From Eledone cirrhosa (lineage: Eukaryota), in assembly GCA_964016885.1 (NCBI GenBank), contig OZ024742.1, positions 212,660,001 through 212,724,000 of the forward strand: DNA of 64,000 nt. Direction: 5' to 3'. Shown here in pieces: positions 41,030 through 55,600 of the stretch. Both the position numbers and the translations under genes were made by a program. Under the pieces are notes generated by a model. The model was not told the origin of the DNA, searched no databases, and worked only from the letters and a program-made list of their open reading frames with translations. The first letter of the stretch is position 1, and every line of letters starts with the position of its first letter.

Positions 41030-41165
41030 AGTGGTACCAGAAGAGTTCTCAACGAGACTAACCATTACATTGAAGGATGCTCTTGAAGATGACACCAGGT
41101 TGGAGGCAGGGGAAATTCAGATGGCAATGCTGGATAGGGTGAGCTGGAGGAAGAACTTCATCAGC
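41030..41165 (+). mobile_element. Short LINE C-terminal fragment (RTE/RTEX-like)
   Basis: Reads TLKDALEDDTRLEAGEIQMAMLDRVSWRK, resembling RTE-group C-termini. Confidence 0.5.
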
Positions 41166-42062
41166 CAGTAAGGGATGTATAAAAGAGGAATACTATATAT
41201 AATTGTTTCAAACATAGATACATAGCCAGGCATTTGATGGGATGGGTTTGTCAATTATATGAACATAAGTACTTTAATAGTTACAATGTAAAAATAGTAA
41301 TTGCAGAATACTAGTGTAGTTAAATACATGACTTGTGCTTATTTTAGTGGTCCTACTAAAATGAAGAGGCATTTGTAAACAACAATAACACGAGTAAATT
41401 TGACTGTAAGATACAAACTACATACTCATTATAATATTTATTTCCAAATTATGTCCAGCAAATGGCATGTATGTCTCAAGTTTTGTATTCAGATTTCTCT
41501 ATTTGGACAGCAGCATTCCAAACATTTATAATGTGTATTAAGGGCTATCAAAACAATTATTTTTACACAAATTAAATGTGAGCTTTGAAAAATGTGTTGG
41601 CAAATGTTTGGCTGCTATCAACCCCTAAAAAGGAATCTTGTTACCTTGAGCTTATAAGTCATACATATGATTTGTATTTTCATAATTTAATTAAGAAATA
41701 TATAGATGGGTTTGATATTTATATTGAAAGAATTCAGGTGTTTGATAGGTTTAAAGGTAATAATATGCCAAGTCTTGATGTTGACCTATGAATTTGTGTG
41801 TGCTCATGTATGTATATGAATGTATTTTCTAGCAAAAAATATACAAAAAATAAACAAAAACTATGTATCTATTTCTCTCTCTCTCTCTATATATATATCA
41901 TCATTTTACATCCGCTTTTCCCTGCTTGCATATCCATATGTAGTTGATGGCCGAGAGAAATGGGAATTCAATACCAAAGTAGAGTTTAAATATTTATTTT
42001 ATTAAAGCTAAATGGTGATTCTTGTTAATCTGGAATTTTGCTTAAATAAAATGTATGTATAT

Positions 42063-42421
42063 GGAGGCACATGGCTTAGTGGTTAGAGCATTGGCCTTGC
42101 AATTGAAAGGTTGTGAGTTCAATTCTCAGACCAGGTGATGTGTTGTTTCCTTGAGCAAGACACTTTATTTCACATGGCTCCAGTTTACTCAGCTGTAGAA
42201 ATGAGATGATAGGGACTGGGGTCCATATCATTCCACTGCAAAAAAGCACCCACCACTCACTGTAAAGTGGACGTGTAGGCGCCACGGAAAAAAAGCACCC
42301 AGCACTCACTGTAAATGAGGGTGGTATTAGGAAGGGCATCCAGCTGTAGAAATCAAGCCAGAATCAGTTCCCGTCCCACCCTTGCAAGCAGGGAAAAGCG
42401 GACGTAAAATGATGATGATGA
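42063..42421 (+). mobile_element. tRNA-derived SINE family B with RTE-derived body and tail
   Basis: A box TGGCTTAGTGGTTAG, B box GAGTTCAATTC, CCTTGAGCAAGACACTT core, AGGAAGGGCATCCAGC motif; 3' ~45 bp matches the RTE tail at 62908-62961. Partial second copy near 44315-44430. Confidence 0.85.
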
Positions 42422-42519
42422 GTTCGGATCCAGCTGTCGAAATGGCCGGAGCTCAGCCGTCGGGGTCCTGACACTTTTCCAATATATATATATGTAGAAG
42501 GTGAGTAATATATATATAT

Positions 42520-42735
42520 TCATCATCTTTTAATGTCCATTTTCCACGCTAGCATGGGTAGGTTGGGCAGTCCTTTAGTGAGAGATCAGGTCAGAGGACC
42601 TTGATTCGCATACACAGAACTGATTTTGGCTTGTTTCCTACAGCTGGATGCCCTTCCTAATGCCAACCATATTTACAGTGTGTGCTGGGTGGCTATTGTC
42701 GTGGCACCTACACGACCACTTTACAGTGTGGGCTG
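42520..42735 (-). mobile_element. Short RTE-UTR-derived retroposon
   Basis: (CAT)n start and CAGCTGGATGCCCTTCCTAA motif; inverted relative to the SINE at 42063. Confidence 0.75.
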
Positions 42736-43321
42736 TATGTATATATATATATATATCGCATTGCCGAGGAGAGGGGGATAGTCCAATATTGTGGCCTGAC
42801 TGACTGCTTCCTCTTTGAACCAGTTTCCATTGAGACCTCTGGCCATTCTCTGTAGTAACACTCTTGCCATTTTGTCCGTGGGGCATAGCTGAAGTATCTC
42901 TCAGGCTAGAGTGTAGTGTCTGTCCTTCCTCTCTCCCTTTCTTTTGTAGCTTGATCCTTCTCTCTTTTTCTCCTTTTCATTTTCCTTTTCTTTCTTTACT
43001 GTTTCCTTTAATAATGTTTTTTTTTTTTATTAGATACTGCTCAATTATTTTCATGATATTGAGTGATTTTGTATATTGAATAAATCCATTAATAGCAACA
43101 AAAAAACAGAATTTAGTTACTCAAGGGGAAAAGTTAACACTGACTTCAAAGTTTCCTTTGTAATCAATTTCAATGGATTGCTTGACAAAGCCAATTCCAG
43201 GGGAAACTTTGAAGCTGCTGTCAACTTTTCCCTTATATATGGCATTCTATTAAAAATATATTTACTAAATTATATATGTAAATAAAAGAGACATGTTTAT
43301 TATTGAAGAAATAGTAAATTA

Positions 43322-43564
<243 letters not shown>

Positions 43565-44829
43565 TTATAAGAAAATAAACCAAATACAACAAAAAGATTT
43601 TCAATTTATGAAAAATTTGCAACCACGATAATTCTTATAAATGAAACATTTATATAGAATAGCTACAGAAGTTAAAAACATTAAAAAAAAAGTTCTTCAG
43701 AATTTTATCTTGTGATTATTGATAAGAACATTTTTTGAAGTGACACTTATCCCTTTGATAACCATATTTCTAATGAAGTACACAGCCTATTTTTCAATTA
43801 ATTTTGAAAATAATCAACAATTTTGAGGGATTTAGTTAAATATATAATTTTTGTATAATTAAGCTGGTATTATTTGGAATATAAGAAGCTTTCATTCAGC
43901 TAAACATGATTTAAATAAAAGTTCACTTCTACTTTCTCAAGAAAAATTCCAGCACTATCTTTAAATTAATCTGTGCAACTCTGCCTTTTAATTTCTTCAC
44001 CAAATCATTTGTTTTGTAAACCCCGAGTTCACATGCCTATCAAGCATTCTAACTTAGCTTTTCAACTGCCCTAGCTTTTTGGGATATCATCGATGCAAGT
44101 AACAGTATCCTCATTCCCTAACAGAAGGAGGCCTTTATAATCCTGATAACTATTATATTTTATACTTTTAACACAATGAAAATTAAACAATCCTCACATT
44201 TATACATATCTGGGATAGTGTTGCCACACACAGCCACTCATCCTGGAGAAGTATGTAAAAGAAGATCATTTTACTGATTGGCAAAGATTCACTTGTCAAT
44301 ATGTTATAATTACTGGCATGTCTAGTGGTTAGAGCATTGGATTCACAACTATAAGGCTGTGGGCTTGATTCCTGGATCAGGTGGTATGTATTCTAGAGCA
44401 TGACACTTCATGTCATGATAGGACTGAGGCTCCTATTATTAAAACACCCAATACACAAACTTCTTATGAGATGCAACCTCATAGGGGACCAACCAAACCT
44501 GCATAGGTGTGAAATGTAAATTTCCTTTTTCCTTTTCTACGAATACATTATTACTCTTTGTTTTTTCTTCTACCACTTTTACCACTAGAATGGCTTCTCC
44601 AATGTTCTCGAAATATGTTCACTTTTAATACAGCTGTTTCTCATTTTATCATCTCTGTTGTGTTTCTCCAGCACCCTACATTTAAAACTACACCCAACCA
44701 TTCTTTACTAGAGTTGCATACCATCACAATCCTCTCCCTATTAACATTTTTTCAACAGGTATTGACCTAGAGATGTTCAAATTGAACATGAGCTGCATTG
44801 ATTTCAACAGCTTGGGAGAACATGCAAAG

Positions 44830-45095
<266 letters not shown>

Positions 45096-47453
45096 TCCTT
45101 CAAATCAAACAGATAGTTCATTGTTAATATTCACTATTTCTGTTAAATCTGACAAACTGATTGTATAGAACATCAAATTATAAATCTTGCTAGCTATTCC
45201 TGGAAATAGAGTACATCATCTATCTGTCCAAAACAGTGGCAAAAATGAACATCAATTATGCTGCATTTTTAAAAGTTTAAATATGTCACACTATATCTTG
45301 TAAGGCACATCTTTCAGAAAGTGACAAATTAGCAGTTGTTTGAATATTGGATAAAAATGCTTAACAGTACTTGTTTCAGCCAATTGTATTATGAATTCAA
45401 TCTTGCTGTAGTCAATTTTGCATCTTATTCTTTTGTACTTAATAAATAAAGTACCAATTAAATACTGGAGTTGATTCAACTGTCTTTTCTTATTACTAAG
45501 CCATAGCTGATAAAATGGTGTCATGTAATAAAAACAACGGGGGGGAAACTATATTTGTATTCTCCCACAGAAATTCAATGACAAGCACATACTGCTTGTC
45601 ATGGAAGTCAGCAGGGGTCATTTGTCAATCTAATGGGGCAAGAAAGGAACAGTTTTCAGATAGTGTTCTTGACAAGTTTTCTAGGGATAAACTATATTTT
45701 ATTGAAAAAAAACCTTCAATCCATGTCCAACAGCAAGTAGAATCTTTGTTTTGCATATTCTCCTGCTATTATAATTGATTCTGATTTTACAATTTTGCAA
45801 GTTTGAACACATATTTCGAGTCATACAAAGTTTTTGTTTAAACTTTACACAAAACACTATCCTGCCTATGTTTCTTTTTGTAAAAGAAAATAATCTGTTT
45901 CAGTACTGGTTTCATTCCCGACCCTTCTGACTGATAAAGCGTCTCTGTGGACCATAAGGGATGTCCTCTCTTTTTAGATTGAAGTATAAGCATGATTAAA
46001 CTTCCCTTTACACTACACAGTGCCAGAAATAATTTAAATGGTCATGATAGTGAAAAAATTTCTATTTGAAAATTAAGTATCACAGGGGATTGTGAATTAT
46101 GACAAAATAGGACAGAAGTTAATTGACGATTATGATTATTATTTAACGTTATAACAGATCAATCTGTGTTCATTTAAGTAGAAAAAATGTAACCTTACAA
46201 TATACTAATATCAATAATGTCATACATCAATAAGAAACATTAACAAATAACAACTGGTATGCAAACAAAAGATAATTGTCTGGGGTATGACACAGTTTTA
46301 TATGAATTCATGTGATCTTTCACACATGGAGTGAATGGTAAAATAAAAAGATTTTAGTGAGATCATTCATTTACAAATCAAATTTCAGTGTTTGAAACAA
46401 TTGAAGTAAAAAAATGAAATCATTGTTATATATAAGTTTATTCATAAAACCCAATAGAAATTGTTGAGTGAAAGTGCTGAATTACTGACAGAGGCAGATA
46501 CATAAGATTAGAATTCACATTGATGTCTTTGACAGGGAACATTAATCTGCTTTCTTCAAATAATCTAAATATGAGTAACATTCTCATTTAAAGGTCATGA
46601 TTTGGCATTAAGAAAAGCCTGTAAAACAATTTCAACACTGGTTTCATGGAAACACATGAATTTAGATCATGTCACTAATGTAAACGCTTCTTCCTCCTCC
46701 CCCTCAAAAAAATATTGATTAGCTTAAATAATCTTAATTTATATATACTATATATACTACTATGTGTAGTGTGTATATTGATATTATATGCAAGTATATA
46801 TACATGTAGATATGATCAAATAAAATCGTAATTGACAATATACACAGAAATTGAACGAAGACTGCATCTTATGTAATCAGTAACGTAATCCATGATACAT
46901 TAAAAAAAAAAATAATATATAAACTGCAATAGGAGAAAATTAGTGACAGAAATAAATGAATATCTATTTAAACGATCACTAACCGGAAGTGTTGACATTT
47001 GAACATTTTAAAGAAGTGAATCTTTAAATAAGTAATAAAATATATTTAATGAACAGCCACGAAATTTAGTAGATAAATTATGTAATATTCATTCATTATT
47101 TATTCAAAGTAAAATAAAGTACCAGTAATGCACTGGGTAATTTCTGGCCTTGTGCCAAAAGTAGAAACAATTATTTATTCAAAGTAATCCAACTTATTTT
47201 ACTAAGGGGATAAAAAATTATAAACCGTATGCAGTCTCGCACTTCTTACTTCATTATAGTTTAGATATATGAAATAAGCCAGCAATATAAGGTAGAATTA
47301 AAAAAACACCTGAAAATCTGAAACTGGCAATTCAAGGGTTAAAAACTCCTAACAAGCAAACAAACTTTTTTTTAAATACTGGAAACAAGTTACATCACTA
47401 ATCAGTTACAATGTAAAAATTCAACTTTTCACAATCACTTCTGAAATTCAAAA

Positions 47454-47944
47454 TATTATATATACTTGAATATAAGCCATTCTGAATATGAGCTGACCGT
47501 TATTTTATGGGCATAGATCCAATCTCCATATATAAGCCAATCATCATCACATTGTTTAAATGGTGAGGTTTTGAAATTCTCATGAGTGGAGAATATCATA
47601 CATTTATGAATATTTTGATATTTAAAATGTTTTCAGTATCACTTAGAGTATACTTTTTGTTTCAAATCTCCATTACATAATGATTTTTTTTTTTTACCAA
47701 TTTCCTACTGTTTTGAAGTCTATATTCATTCAAAGCACATCAAAAACAAAAGGAAAAACAAATTTCACCTTCAAAATGAAACCAGTGGTTCACCTCCAGA
47801 GTGAAAATATTTTAGCAATTCATTTACATAGAATTTTAAGTTGGTGAAAATCAGCAAAATATTGACCTCAAATATAAGTCGACTCCCATTTTATCATCAA
47901 TTTTTGTCACATATTTCTCAGCTTATATATAAGTATATACAGTA
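47454..47944. mobile_element. Old Tc2/pogo-type non-autonomous DNA transposon
   Basis: Degenerate TIRs TATATACTTGAATATAAGC / GCTTATATATAAGTATATACAGTA and internal AATATAAGYCGAC-type subrepeats. Confidence 0.55.
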
Positions 47945-48692
47945 TATAAGCACAAGCCAAGTTAACTAAATAAAGTTATGATTGCTATAAAAAAAAAAAT
48001 AGAATTAAATTACTACTTCTGAGATGAGTATAATGCACTGATCAGACTTAACTCCATCATTATTTTTGGTAGGTAGGTGGAGATTTAATCTATACTGTGT
48101 TTCACCCAACATATTCTTCAATAATTTTTTGGGCTATACCTCAATATGATACTGTCATGTTGTATTGGGAATGTAGCAATGCTGGTCTTTTAGAGAATAG
48201 TCAATTACATCACTTCCAGGAAATTTGGAAAGATAAACAGCAAAATGGGCCCCAAAAGGATTTGCACTCACAACATAAAATGATATAACCAAATACCACT
48301 AAGTATTTTGTCCAGTGTTTTAGTATAATTAATTGTAACAGCCATAGGATTTCATATTATCACTCTATTGCTGTCATCTCTAACAATTTTCATAATCTTC
48401 AATCAGCACCATATCTCAGATTGGTAGCTTTTTCATGAGCTGATTCATTTAAGTGTGTCAATGGTGTCATATTTGGTACCTATCCACAAAAATACTTTGG
48501 GAGGAGTGGGGAAAGAAATATTTCTCTATTTTCTTTTATCTCTACAACACTTTTCGTGCAATCACCATTGCTTACATATTTTTATATTATCATGCTATAT
48601 CCACCAACAACCTACACTAACTCAACTTAATTACAATATTTTTTTTGTGGTCTAGGAACATAATAAATTTTAAAATGGAAAATAACCTTTAA

Positions 48693-48912
48693 CTCTTTAG
48701 CATTTACATTATTCTATATATATAATAGTATTGTATTATATTTTCGTGGTAAAGGCTTTATCTCACATAATTATTTCACATAATATCGAACCTATGAGAT
48801 TTTGATATTATTTATTTTAAGAACAATACTTTAACATAAGTATGAGTGGTTGGTTACAGCTGGTTTGAAGTGAAAGAGGTGAGAGATTTAGGCCGGCTTA
48901 AATGCTAAAGGG
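48693..48912. mobile_element. piggyBac-type MITE
   Basis: TTAA-CTCTTTAGCATTTA ... TAAATGCTAAAGGG-TTAA. Confidence 0.88.
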
Positions 48913-51900
48913 TTAAAGTGGAACAACACCAACAACAACTATTTTTTCATTTGTTTTTTTCTTTGCTGTGATTTTCCTTTTTATTGTATCTAATAAAGTC
49001 AGTAAATAGAATTCCATTTGTGCTATGTTGTGGATGCAGCAGGGTTGAACAGTTATCAAGTTTGCTTCACAATCGTTAAGTCCCAGATTTGATCTCACAA
49101 TGTGGCATCTTGGACAAGAATCATTTACCATAGCCTTGGGCTGACCCAAGCCTAGTGAGTGAAATTGAGTAGATAGAAACTGTTTGGAAGCCTATTGGAT
49201 GAACTGTATCTGTAATTTAAAAGGAAGCTTGCTGAATCTCCCTGAGAGTTATGTTAATTTCATGAGCAAGCTGTTTTGTTGAACAAGAGGAACACTTATT
49301 GTTGAGTGCTTCGTTAGTTAACTTTCCTAGAAACTACTTATAATAGACAAACTGAAAAGAGGCATAGTTTCTTTATGGTTGAAGTATGCTGTATCCTACA
49401 AAGCATCAACCAGCATACCCTACCCCCAACAACTTTTTGGTTGTTCCTTTGAACACTATCCTCAAATCCTTAGCAACTCTCAAAAGGAAGGGGAGGTAAT
49501 TTCAAGAAATCATAAATTAAACTCCCAATCAGGAAAGCCCGATCTTTGTTTGCAGGCAAGGGACAACTATGTAAATGTTTTGGTCTATTGGACATTATTA
49601 ACATAGTACATTCTACTGAAGCCTGCTTGACCAGTCCACAAAGACTTTTTATATATGGAAAAGTTACAGATAATTTTTGGCCACTATAATGTGCACAATT
49701 AAAACATATATATATATAGTCCAGAAATAGCCGTCGAAACGGCTTGAGCTCTGCTGTCGGGGTCATACTTTCTCCTATATATATATATATATATTTATTA
49801 ATAAACTAAGGAAAATAACTCAAATGGGCCAAAGGCATACATTTGGACAACGAGGTGAGTTATTTCCCTTTGCTCATTTATTTATTATATATACATGAGT
49901 TTATATATTGAGCATATTTGAAACAATGTAAAACTGGAAATTAAAAAAAACAAAAAAACTAAATAAAAATAAAATGCTTGTTTAGATATTAAGTACTGAT
50001 ACTTTAGGTATTAAAAACTACTCTACTATTGTTAGAGCTATGGTTAATATATTTATAGTAGTAACTTTTACAACTGACAATTAACAAAATAATCCCAAGT
50101 CATCAATATTTATTGATTTTTAGATCTAAGATATTAGCCTAGCACATTATTGATTGGTAATAGTAACAAAAAAGCAGTATAATCTCATTTTGTAATCTCA
50201 GTTATACTGTTTGATCCTGTCACATGCAGTGGTGATGAAAGAGTAAAAAAAAAAAAAAAAACTATCTAAATGGGACTGATACTAAAACATTAGCTAGCAA
50301 TCTTAGTTTCTATCACAGGGTTTCTTGCAAATATTTCTTTCACTAATCATATTCATCTGTAAAAGTATACATGTAGTAGTAGTCCAGCTCAACTTATTGT
50401 AATTATATATCAATTCTAATTCCCTTTAGAATATTGGCACCAGATAAGTTATACTCTTCTTGGAATATTTATGAATAGGCTATTAGTTCAACAAACACTT
50501 CCAACGAACTATCAGATTAAAATTAAGACTCTGAATACAAGTTTGATATGATATTTTTAAGATAGAAAAAAAAAAGTGTTAAAAAAAAATCTCTTTTGTT
50601 GTTTTTAAAAACATATAATTCATTGGGACAAGAGATGAAATGACTACAAGTATAAATCTATAACTTACAAGAGGAGCCTATAAAATACTGCAGAAGTCAC
50701 ACTAGAAACAAATCAAATAGATTCATTGATTTAAGTGACCTAATTAGTGATACTGGTTGCATTTATGATAACATAATTACTAATTTTTTTTTTATTCATA
50801 AAAATATCATCCAATTTATTCCATTAACCAAAGGATTTGCTGTACATGTGTGTTAGAAGTAAAGTTTTAAAGAGCAATGGTATGTGGACTGAAATTTGTC
50901 GGATGTGAACTCTAAATTAAGAGGATAGAATGTGTTCAGGTAAATCAAAGAAGCAGCCAGAAATTAAAACAGTTACAAGCTAAATAGAAAACTGATATGA
51001 TACAGTCATGTGATGGGAATAGGTATGTTAACTACGGAAAAGCATAGAAAACTATAGAATATTTTCCCTCTCTATAGTGTAATTACTGTATATAAAATTT
51101 AACCTAGAGGTGAATAATAATAATAATAATAATTTCTTACATAATAAAATAATTATTCAACAAATTGAAATACAAAGAAACATTTTTTTTCCTGAATTTC
51201 AATGAGTATAATAGTAAAAATGTCACAGTTATGGGTTCAATTGTCAGACAACATTGTGACAGGAAATAAAAAAATATATGTATATATAATAAAATTAAAA
51301 TAAATTAAAAAGAATCAACAATTAACAATTATTTTCCAGAAGATAATAATTGAAACACAAGATTCAGGTTATTCAGAATGTCCAGAAAAGATTTCTCTCA
51401 ATAATTACTGCCAGCTTAACTGAATTGATAAAAATCACCTGGAAAAATCTATTATAATGGTAATTATTACTTGAAGGAATTCTATGAACGGACTATAGAA
51501 TAAGTAGCATTTGATAATATTTCAAAATGATTTACATTATTTTCAGATTATTCTAAATTATTTCTATATGATAACAGCAATCAGAAAAGTGTAAAGGTTG
51601 CATTTAGAAAAGGGCACAAAATGATTTTATCATCCTTCAAGGATCCTTTCTCGAAATGATGGTATCTCTTCTCATTATCATAGTATACCACCAGATCTAG
51701 ATATTATTCATTAGAAAGAGTAATAAAGCTGTTAGTGTGGATTATACTGTATAGACTCTGTATAGCAAAAGAGAATGCTGACCTAAAAACTAATATACCA
51801 GAGCTTAGAGACAACTAAATATTATTTCACAGCATAACACAAGAGTACCAACAGAAGTAGTAGCAGTAGCAGCTGTTGTAATAACAGCAGTGGTAGAAAG

Positions 51901-52647
51901 ATCAATAAACTTTTTTCTGGTTGCATGTAGCAGGAATATTAGCACTAACTATATTGATGTTGATATAGCAGTAGTAGTGATCATCAAGCACAGTATTCAA
52001 CTAACCTTTAATGAAAATAGCTGGTCAGGTCTAAAAAAGATGTTTTACTCTGTTGCACCATTCAATGTACACAAAAAATAGCGTATTTATATACACACCT
52101 AAATACCAGATAATTTTATTTTATTTATTAAAAAAGTTTTATTTTTTATTTTTACTGCATTCGAGTAATGAATGGATTTCAACCAGTCAATAATACTAAT
52201 TGGTGATACATCATGCTTGACCTTCGCTATGATGTAAGAAGTTTATTGGCAAATTATGAATACATTATTATCCAAAAAATAATTTATGTTCATTCAGATT
52301 TAAAATAAAAAATGTACACATTTATTTATAACAGCTATAAAAAGCACTCGGTTACTAATTTCTGCAATAACCAATAGCAGAGCTAGACAGAGTAAAAATG
52401 AGTACTGATTTGGATCATAGTATGTAATGGCTGCCAAGAGAGACCAAGGAGAATTTAACAAAAGACACAGATAACAACAACATATTGATATATTTAACTG
52501 AAATATTACTACTAAAACAAAATATTTAGCAGTACTAAGACACACATTGATAAAGTTATGTGAAAACCTGTATGTTAATACATTTTCTTGAAATAAATTA
52601 CAAAACTTGAGTAGAATAAACGAAGCAGTCTACACACATTCACACAC

Positions 52648-52693
<46 letters not shown>

Positions 52694-55600
52694 ACACACA
52701 CACACACATATATATATGATTGCCTAACATAGTTATTGATTTTCTTTTAGAAAGTAGAAATTTTGTACAAAGGAGGAATATACCAAACTGGCTTGTCCCC
52801 AAAACAATATTAGTATTTATACTATTGATCTTTGAGAAATCAAATGTAAGGTTGATCATAGAAATGTGAGTTGTCTGAATTTTCTACCATAAAGTATTGA
52901 GTTTTGCTCTCTACAGTATGAGCCATCTACAAGATCATCATCATCATTTAACATCCACTTTCCATGGGTTAGATAGGTAGTCATGGCTTGAGATTAGACA
53001 TGACAGAGAACCATGTTTCACTTGTACATTCCATTTTTGGCATGGATTTTACAACTGGATGCCTTTCCTAACACCAACCAATCTGCAGAGAATACTGGGT
53101 GCATTTCACCATAGCACCAGCACTAGAGAGATTTTGTTCTGTTTGTTTGCCAACCACATTATAGAGTGTATTGACTGCACTTTATCATGCCACCAACACT
53201 AGCAGTTTGCTTTAAAATTCACACGGGGTATTTATTACCCTATGTTGTCACTGTCCATTCCAAGCAGCATGACCAAAAGGGTGAATAGAAGAGAGAGCAA
53301 TGATAAAAGGACAAGAGTGAAAGATTATAATGGGAGGGCCACACTGAATTGGATTAAGGGATGGCTGAAGGGTAAATAATATGAGGTAGTATTGGAAGGA
53401 GTAATAGAAAAGGCAATAATAAGAGAAGAAAGTGAGAGTATGATAGGTGAAGTGATGGAAGAGAGATAGTACTGATATATTCTTGAAAGCCAAAAGTCTC
53501 TATATCATATTTAAAAAAGACAAAACAATTTTTAATGTTAAATTTTTCTTATTACATGTTGGCATAAGTAAGATGGTTACGCAAATCTAGACATTAGTAT
53601 TTACTGAAGTAAATACTTTTATTGGCAAAACACTTGCTCTTGGAATACATACTTGTATTTCAGTTAAATGCACAATACAATGACTGAAGTTTAGTTCTCA
53701 TTAGTTTCCCCTTTACCACACATTCACATTACATTGAAATGTCTTTCTCTTGATAGAAATATTTTAGCTTTACAATTTACCAAAAGGTGCAAAGTAAAAA
53801 GGAACAAAATCAATAAAACTGATTAATTTTAATTGAAATTACTTAGATTTCTCAGTGTCAATGAAGTAAAACGACAGATCATTAATACAATAGATGCAAA
53901 TTTGAGGAATGTTCAATTCGTTCTATCCAAATTGAAATTCTGGGTTATCAGAAATCCTTTTTATCTTTGAGGAGTAAAACAGGAAAGAAAATTTTGGTCA
54001 ATAATGATAAATTTGTTAATTAACTTTATCGTTAGTAATTCTACTCAAACTGATTTAACTAAGATTGTATTCCCCACTTCTACTTAACTAGAACAAAAAA
54101 AATCTCAATTGAATGTGAATAGAATAGATGAAAATAGATCATTAGCTGATGCTTCCTATCTCTCTTACGTTTTTCAAACACAAGGGAAAGGTTTCCTTAA
54201 ATAAGTTATTCTTAAAATTGCAATTATTGAATTTTGGGGAACTTTGATAAAATTAGACAAAAGAAGCAGGATGAGCAGCCACCTCCCCAACAACTGTAAT
54301 TACTGTAACATACAACAAAGGTAACACTAGTGACAAAATTGTAAACAGAATAAGAACAATATGACAAATATTGAGAAGAAAATGTGGATGGTAGGTAGAA
54401 CCTACAGAAGAGAACAAAAAGAAAAGGTAAAAGCAGTGAACAGTAGGATGGCAAAGATTAGAGGCAGTGGAGACATTGGTATGTGGCAGACAGTATTAAA
54501 TGCAAAACAGTTGAAGATAAAACATGAGAAAAGAGCAACTGTAGAGTCAGCAAGAGAGTGATTAGAAAGAAAGAATAGGAGAGAAAACAAATGGAGTTGG
54601 GCAAAATCGTAATGTAATGCCAGTTATTCAGCTATCAACAACAGAACATAAATTATAGCTGTTTCACCTCTGGCAGACACCATTTGGCAATATTTTAAAA
54701 ATGCAATTGCAGATGTGTACTTACTCTCTCTCTCTCTATCACACACACACAGACAGAGAGACAGAGAGGTAGTCATAGCATTGTCAACTATTGGACATTG
54801 ATTTGCATACCCGTGTTCCTTCTTAATTTTCCATGTCATTACAATGGTATCTAAACTTTTAAAAATAGACTGTTGCTAAAGAGCTTTCAGTAGAGAAATA
54901 ATCAAACAAGTACATTCAGATTATTGAGCTCAAGTTACCAAGAGTCATTATCTTGTCTTGATTAGTAGCGAGATCATATCATTTCAGTATCAGATATTAA
55001 AATGAAGAAATTCTGTCTCCATGATTAGTTCTTTCTTGACTGCTTACGTTGAATTTTTTTTGTTTACTAAATAGGCTTATATAAATAAAAGATTTTTGTA
55101 ATTTTAGAATAGTTTAACACTGTCTTTGTATGCATGTAATATATAAACATGTTCATACACTTAACGTGTATGCATAACCTTAGGCTTCAGGGTCCAGTTA
55201 TGGCCAACACAGTATAGTGGAGTAACAGTTCTAAAACTGGCCTCACATCAGGTTTAGTCCCATCTGATAGTACCATTGGCACCCCAACTTTTTCTGCTTA
55301 TGCTAACTTACAGACATTGAAATTGAGCCTCAGCCACGACAATTTCACCATCTTCAGAAAGATTTTAAAAGTGAAGGCCCTTCTGCTTGACTAAACCAAT
55401 ACAAAATATCATCTCAACTATTGTTCTTTTGTGAGTATTCCTGTCAGTTTTTCTCAACTGAACTTTATGGCATGAATGTAGCCAAATGAACATTGAATAT
55501 ATACTCCAGTTTTATCTTGAACAATGCTTCTAATTCTAACTTGCAGTAGACAGTATATAGTTCAGTGGCAGAACAGTCTCTCTTGTGTTTGTTTTACTGT

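Noticed and set aside
45200-45990. Possible decayed transposase or LINE coding sequence
   Set aside because: No motif could be recognised with confidence.
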